NCBI RefSeq assembly: GCF_009914755.1
Contig: NC_060933.1
Origin: the human T2T-CHM13v2.0 reference genome, Homo sapiens
Strand: one strand, 5' to 3'
DNA length: 64,000 bases
The notes beneath the pieces were generated by a model, which did no database searches, was not told where the DNA came from, and was given only the letters and a program-made list of their open reading frames with translations. Within the stretch, counting starts at the first letter, position 1. Each line of letters begins with the position of its first letter. Positions 58,601 through 64,000 of the stretch are shown piece by piece. Both the position numbers and the translations under genes were made by a program.

Positions 58601-61600
58601 TTTCATTCCATTCCATTCCATTCCATTCCATTGTACTCGGGTTGATTCAATTCCATTGCATTCCGTTCCATTCCATTCCATTCCATTCCATTGCATTCCG
58701 TTGCATTCCATTCCATTACATTCGGATTGATTGTATTCAACTCCCTTACTCTCCATTACATTCCATTCCATTCGGGTTGTTCCATTCCATTCCATTCCAT
58801 TCCACTCCATTCCATTGCACTCGGGTTGATTCCATTCCATTCCATTCCATTCCATTCCATTCCGGATGATTCCATTCCATTGCATTCCGTTCCATTACAT
58901 TCCCCTGCACTCGCGTTGATTCCATTCCATTCCATTCCATTCCATTCAATTCCATTCCATTACAATTCGTTCCATTCCATTCTATTCCGTACCATTCCAT
59001 TCCATTCCATACCATTCCATTCCATTCCATTCCATTCCATTCCGTTCCATTCCGTTCCATTCCATTCCATTCCATTCTATTCGGATTAATTCCATTCCAT
59101 TCCATTCCATTCCATTCTATTCCATTCCATTGCAATCGAGTTGAATCCATTGCATTTCATTCCATTCCATTCCATTCCATTCCATTCCATTCCGGAAGAT
59201 TCCATTCCATTGCATTCCATTCCATTCCATTCCCCGGCACTCGCGTTGATTCCATTCCATTCCATTCCATTCCATTCCTTTCCATTCCATTCCGCTCCGT
59301 TCCATTCCATTCCATTCCATTCCATTCCATTCCGTTCCGTTCCATTCCATTCCATTCCATTCTATTAGGGTTAATTCCATTCCATTCCATTCAATTGCAA
59401 TCGAGTTGATTCCATTCCATTCCATTCCATTCCATTCCATTCCATTCCATTCCTTTCCATTCCATTACGGATGATTCCATTCCATTGCATTCCATTCCAT
59501 TCCATTCCCCTGTACTCGGGTTGATTCCATTCCATTCCATTCCAATCCATGCCATTCCACTCGTGTTGATTCCATTCTTTCCATTCCATTCAAGTTGAAT
59601 CCATTCCATTGCATTCCATTCCATTCGATTCCATTCGATTGCACTCGGGTTGATTCCATTCCATTGCATTCCATTCCATTCCATTCCATTCCATTCCATT
59701 CCATTCCGTTCCATTCCATTTCATTACATTCAGATTTATTCTATTCAATTCCCTTACACTCCATTATATTCCAATCCATTCTGGTTGTTTCCATTCCATT
59801 CCATTCCATTTCACTCCATTCCATTGCACTCGGGTTGATTCCATTCCATTCCATTCCATTGCATTCCATTCCATTCCATTCCGGATGATTCCATTCCATT
59901 GCATTCCATTCCATTCCATTCCCCTGCACTCGGGTTGATTCCATTCCATTACATTCCATTACATTCCGTTCCATTCCATTCCATTCCATTCGGATTGATT
60001 CTATTCAATTCCCTTACACTCCATTACATTCCATTCCATTCGGGTAGTTTCCATTCCATTCCATTCCATTCCTCTCCATTCCATTGCACTCGGGTTGATT
60101 CCATTCCATTGCATTCCATTCCATTCCATTCCGTTCCATTCCATTCCGTTCCATTCCATTACATTCGGATTGATTCTATTCAACTCCCTTACTCTCCATT
60201 ACATTCCATTCCATTCGGGTTGTTCCATTCCATTCCATTCCATTCCACTCCATTCCATTGCACTCAGGTTGATTCCATTCCATTCCATTCCATTCCATTC
60301 CATTCCATTCCATTCCATTCCGGATGATTCCATTCCATTGCATTCCATTCCATTCCATTCCCCTGTACTCGGGTTGATTCCATTCCATTCCATTCCAATC
60401 CATGCCATTCCACTCGTGTTGATTCCATTCTTTCCATTGCATTCAAGTTGAATCCATTCCATTGCATTCCATTCCATTCCATTCCCCTGCAGTCGGGTTG
60501 ATTCCATTCCATTCCATTCCATTCCATTGCATTCCTTTCCGTTCCATTCCATTGCATTCCTTTCTATTCGGGTTAATTCCATTCCATTCCATTCCATTCC
60601 ATGCCATTCCAATCAAGTTGATTCCATTCCATTCCATTCCATTCCATTCCATTCCATTCCATTCCACTCCATTCCAGTCCTTTCCATTCCATTCCACTCG
60701 GGTTGATTCCAATGTATTCTTTTCCATTCCATTCCATTCCATTGCAATCAAGTTGATTCCATTGCTTTGCATTCCATTCCATTCCATTCCATTCCGGATG
60801 ATTCCATTCCATTGCATTCCATTCCATTCCATTCCATTCCATTGTATTCGGGTTAATACCATTCCATTCCAATCCATTCCATTCCATTCCATTCCATTAC
60901 AATCGAGTTGATTCCATTCCATTCCATTCCATTCCAGTCTTTTCCATTCCATTCCACTCGGGTTGATTCCATTCTATTAGTTTCCATTCCATTCCATTCC
61001 CTTCCATTCCACTCTGGTTGATACCATTCCTTTCCATTCCACTCGAATACATTCCCTCCTATTCCACTCGGAACGATTCCATTCCATTCCATTCCATTCC
61101 ATTCCATTCCATTCCATTCCATTCCATTGTACTCGGGTTGATTCAATTCCATTGCATTCCATTCCATTCCATTCCATTCCATTCCGTTGCATTCCATTCC
61201 GTTACATTCGGATTGATTCTATTCAACTCCCTTACTCTCCATTACATTCCATTCCATTCGGGTTGTTCCATTCCATTCCATTCCATTCCATTCCACTCCA
61301 TTCCATTGCACTCGGGTTGATTCCATTCCATTCCATTCCATTCCATTCCATTCCCTTCCATTCCATTCCGGATGATTCCATTCCATTGCATTCCGTTTCA
61401 TTACATTCCCCTGCACTCGCGTTGATTCCATTCCATTCCATTCCATTCCATTCAATTCCATTCCATTACAATTCGTTCCATTCCATTCTATTCCGTACCA
61501 TTCCATTCCATTCCATTCCATTCCGTTCCATTCCGTTCCATTCCATTCCATTCCATTCTATTCGGATTAATTCCATTCCATTCCATTCCATTCGATTCCA

Positions 61601-61654
61601 TTCTATTCCATTCCATTGCAATCGAGTTGAATCCATTGCATTTCATTCCACTCC

Positions 61655-62462
61655 ATTCCATTCCATTCCATTCCAGAAGATTCCATTCCATTGTATTCCA
61701 TTCCATTCCATTCCCCTGCACTCGCGTTGATTCCATTCCATTCCATTCCATTCCATTCCATTCCATTCCATTCCATTCCTTTCCGTTCCATTCCATTCCA
61801 TTCCATTCCATTCCATTCCATTCCATTCCTTTCCATTCCATTACGGATGATTCCATTCCATTGTATTCCATTCCATTCCATTCCCCTGTACTCGGGTTGA
61901 TTCCATTCCATTCCATTCCAATCCATGCCATTCCACTCGTGTTGATTCCATTCTTTCCATTCCATTCAAGTTGAATCCATTCCATTGCATTCCATTCCAT
62001 TCCATTCCCCTGCAGTCGGGTTGTTTCCATTCCATTCCATTCTATTCTATTCCATTCCATTCCATTCCAGAAGATTCCATTCCATTGTATTCCATTCCAT
62101 TCCATTCCCCTGCACTCGCGTTGATTCCATTCCATTCCATTCCATTCCATTCCATTCCATTCCATTCCATTCCTTTCCGTTCCATTCCATTCCATTCCAT
62201 TCCATTCCATTCCATTCCATTCCTTTCCATTCCATTACGGATGATTCCATTCCATTGTATTCCATTCCATTCCATTCCCCTTTACTCGGGTTGATTCCAT
62301 TCCATTCCATTCCAATCCATGCCATTCCACTCGTGTTGATTCCATTCTTTCCATTCCATTCAAGTTGAATCCATTCCATTGCATTCCATTCCATTCCATT
62401 CCCCTGCAGTCGGGTTGTTTCCATTCCATTCCATTCTATTCTATTCCATTCCATTCCATTCC
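61655..62462 (-). repeat. 394-bp tandem duplication (2 copies)
   Basis: CCAGAAGATTCCATTCCATTGTATTCC...GCAGTCGGGTTGTTTCC is repeated at +394. One SNV (61888 G vs 62282 T). The overlap is 20 bp of CATTC at 62049-62068. Confidence 0.92.
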
Positions 62463-64000
62463 GTTCCGTTCCATTCCATTCCATTCCATTCTATTCGGGT
62501 TAATTCCATTCCATTCCATTCCAATCGAGTTGATTGCATTGCATTCCATTCCATTCCATTCCACTCCATTCCAGTCCTTTCCATTCCATTCCACTCGGGT
62601 TGATTCCAATGTATTCCTTTCCATTCCATTCCATTCCATTGCAATCGAGTTGATTCCATTGCTTTGCATTCCATTCCATTCCATTCCATTCCGGATGATT
62701 CCATTCCATTGCATTCCATTCCATTCCATTCCGCTGCACTCGGGTTGATTCCATTCCATTCCACTCCATTCCGTTCCATTCCGTTCCATTGCATTGTATT
62801 CGGGTTAATTCCATTCCATTCCATTCCATTCCATTCCATTCCATTACATTACAATCGAGTTGATTCCATTCCATTCCATTCCATTCCAGTCCTTTCCATT
62901 CCATTCCACTCGGGTTGATTCCATTCTATTAGTTTCCATTCCATTCCATTCCCTTCCATTCCACTCTGGTTGATTCCATTCCTTTCCATTCCACTCGAAT
63001 ATATTCCCTCCTATTCCACTCGGAACGATTCCATTCCGTTCCATTCCATTCCATTCCATTCCATTCCATTCCATTCCATTTCTTTCCATTCCATTCTATT
63101 CCGTATCATTCCATTCCATTCCATTCCATTTCATTCCATTCCATTCCATTCCATTCCATTGTACTCGGGTTGATTCAATTCCATTACATTCCGTTCCATT
63201 CCATTCCATTCCATTCCATTCCATTCCATTCCATTCCGTTGCATTCCATTCCATTACATTCGGATTGATTGTATTCAACTCCCTTACTCTCCAGTACATT
63301 CCATTCCATTCGGGTTGTTCCATTCCATTCCATTCCATTCCACTCCATTCCATTCCACTCGGGTTGATTCCATTCCATTCCATTCCATTCCATTCCATTC
63401 CGGATGATTCCATTCCATTGCATTCCGTTCCATTACATTCCCCTGCACTCGCGTTGATTCCATTCCATTCCATTCCATTCCATTCAATTCCATTCCATTA
63501 CAATTCGTTCCATTCCATTCTATTCCGTACCATTCCATTCCATTCCATACCATTCCATTCCATTCCATTCCATTGCATTCCATTCCATTCCATTCCGCTG
63601 CACTCGGGTTGATTCCATTCCATTCCACTCCATTCGGTTCCATTCCGTTCCATTGCATTGTATTCGGGTTAATTCCATTCCATTCCATTCCATTCCATTC
63701 CATTACAATCGAGTTGATTCCATTCCATTCCATTCCATTCCAGTCCTTTCCATTCCATTCCACTCGGGTTGATTCCATTCTATTAGTTTCCATTCCATTC
63801 CATTCCCTTCCATTCCACTCTGGTTGATTCCATTCCTTTCCATTCCACTCGAATACATTCCCTCCTATTCCACTCGGAACGATTCCATTCCGTTCCATTC
63901 CATTCCATTCCATTCCATTCCATTCCATTTCTTTCCATTCCATTCTATTCCGTATCATTCCATTCCATTCCATTCCATTTCATTCCATTCCATTCCATTC

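Larger units (their letters stand above)
1..64000. repeat. Satellite III (HSat3)-type pentameric satellite array, (CATTC)n/(GGAAT)n with interspersed ACTCGGGTTG-family modules
   Basis: Continuous GGAAT/CATTC pentamers over the full window. The decamer ACTCGGGTTG (CAACCCGAGT) and its variants recur every ~50-200 bp, which is the classical Satellite 3 simple-sequence signature. Long pure CATTC runs dominate, rather than the CATTCGATTC-rich HSat2 pattern. No unique sequence is present. Confidence 0.97.
5312..64000 (-). repeat. HSat3 arm with the G-rich (GGAAT) strand on -
   Basis: From ACTCGGGTTGATTCCATTCC at 5312 to the window end, the + strand reads CATTC repeats. No further polarity switch was seen. 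Confidence 0.97.

Noticed and set aside
10-63973. Hundreds of 60-415 aa ORFs (poly-MEWNG and poly-HSIPF)
   Set aside because: A 5-bp repeat without stop codons is open in all six frames and cycles through the same five residues. The ORFs overlap on both strands, end at random variant stops and show no domain or gene structure.
5312-64000. CRISPR-like pattern of recurring ACTCGGGTTGATTCC separated by variable sequence
   Set aside because: The intervening sequence is itself CATTC repeat of variable length rather than unique spacers, and there is no leader or cas gene.
1-64000. HSat2 or Y-chromosome DYZ1 assignment, or a specific chromosome/subfamily call
   Set aside because: CATTCGATTC is only sporadic and no regular ~1.8-kb or ~3.6-kb period is evident. 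A precise HSat3 subfamily or chromosome requires k-mer classification or alignment that I cannot run.

Overview
The whole 64-kb window is one uninterrupted pentameric satellite, (GGAAT)n/(CATTC)n, punctuated by short variant modules such as ACTCGGGTTG. This is the signature of human/great-ape Satellite III (HSat3) pericentromeric heterochromatin. I find no protein-coding gene, structured RNA gene, transposon, CRISPR array or unique sequence. Every listed ORF (poly-MEWNG / poly-HSIPF) is an artefact of a stop-free pentamer. The real structure is architectural and regulatory. (1) There is one strand-polarity switch at ~5312-5316, with 5-bp microhomology, a 12-bp perfect inverted repeat and signs of a multi-step junction. 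(2) There are nested, very young tandem duplications with periods of 9446, 7451, 1719, 394 and 60 bp, whose junctions mostly sit in pure CATTC runs, overlaid on older mosaic copies. (3) About 45 perfect three-unit heat-shock elements (TTCnnGAAnnTTC) are built into one recurrent module and survive CpG decay, consistent with the known HSF1/Sat III nuclear stress body biology. (4) Many variant modules are dyad-symmetric, and the 5-bp register slips almost only by -1 at fixed modules. I do not see a novel gene system here. Coordinates and counts were read by eye and need computational confirmation. Chromosome and subfamily cannot be assigned without alignment.
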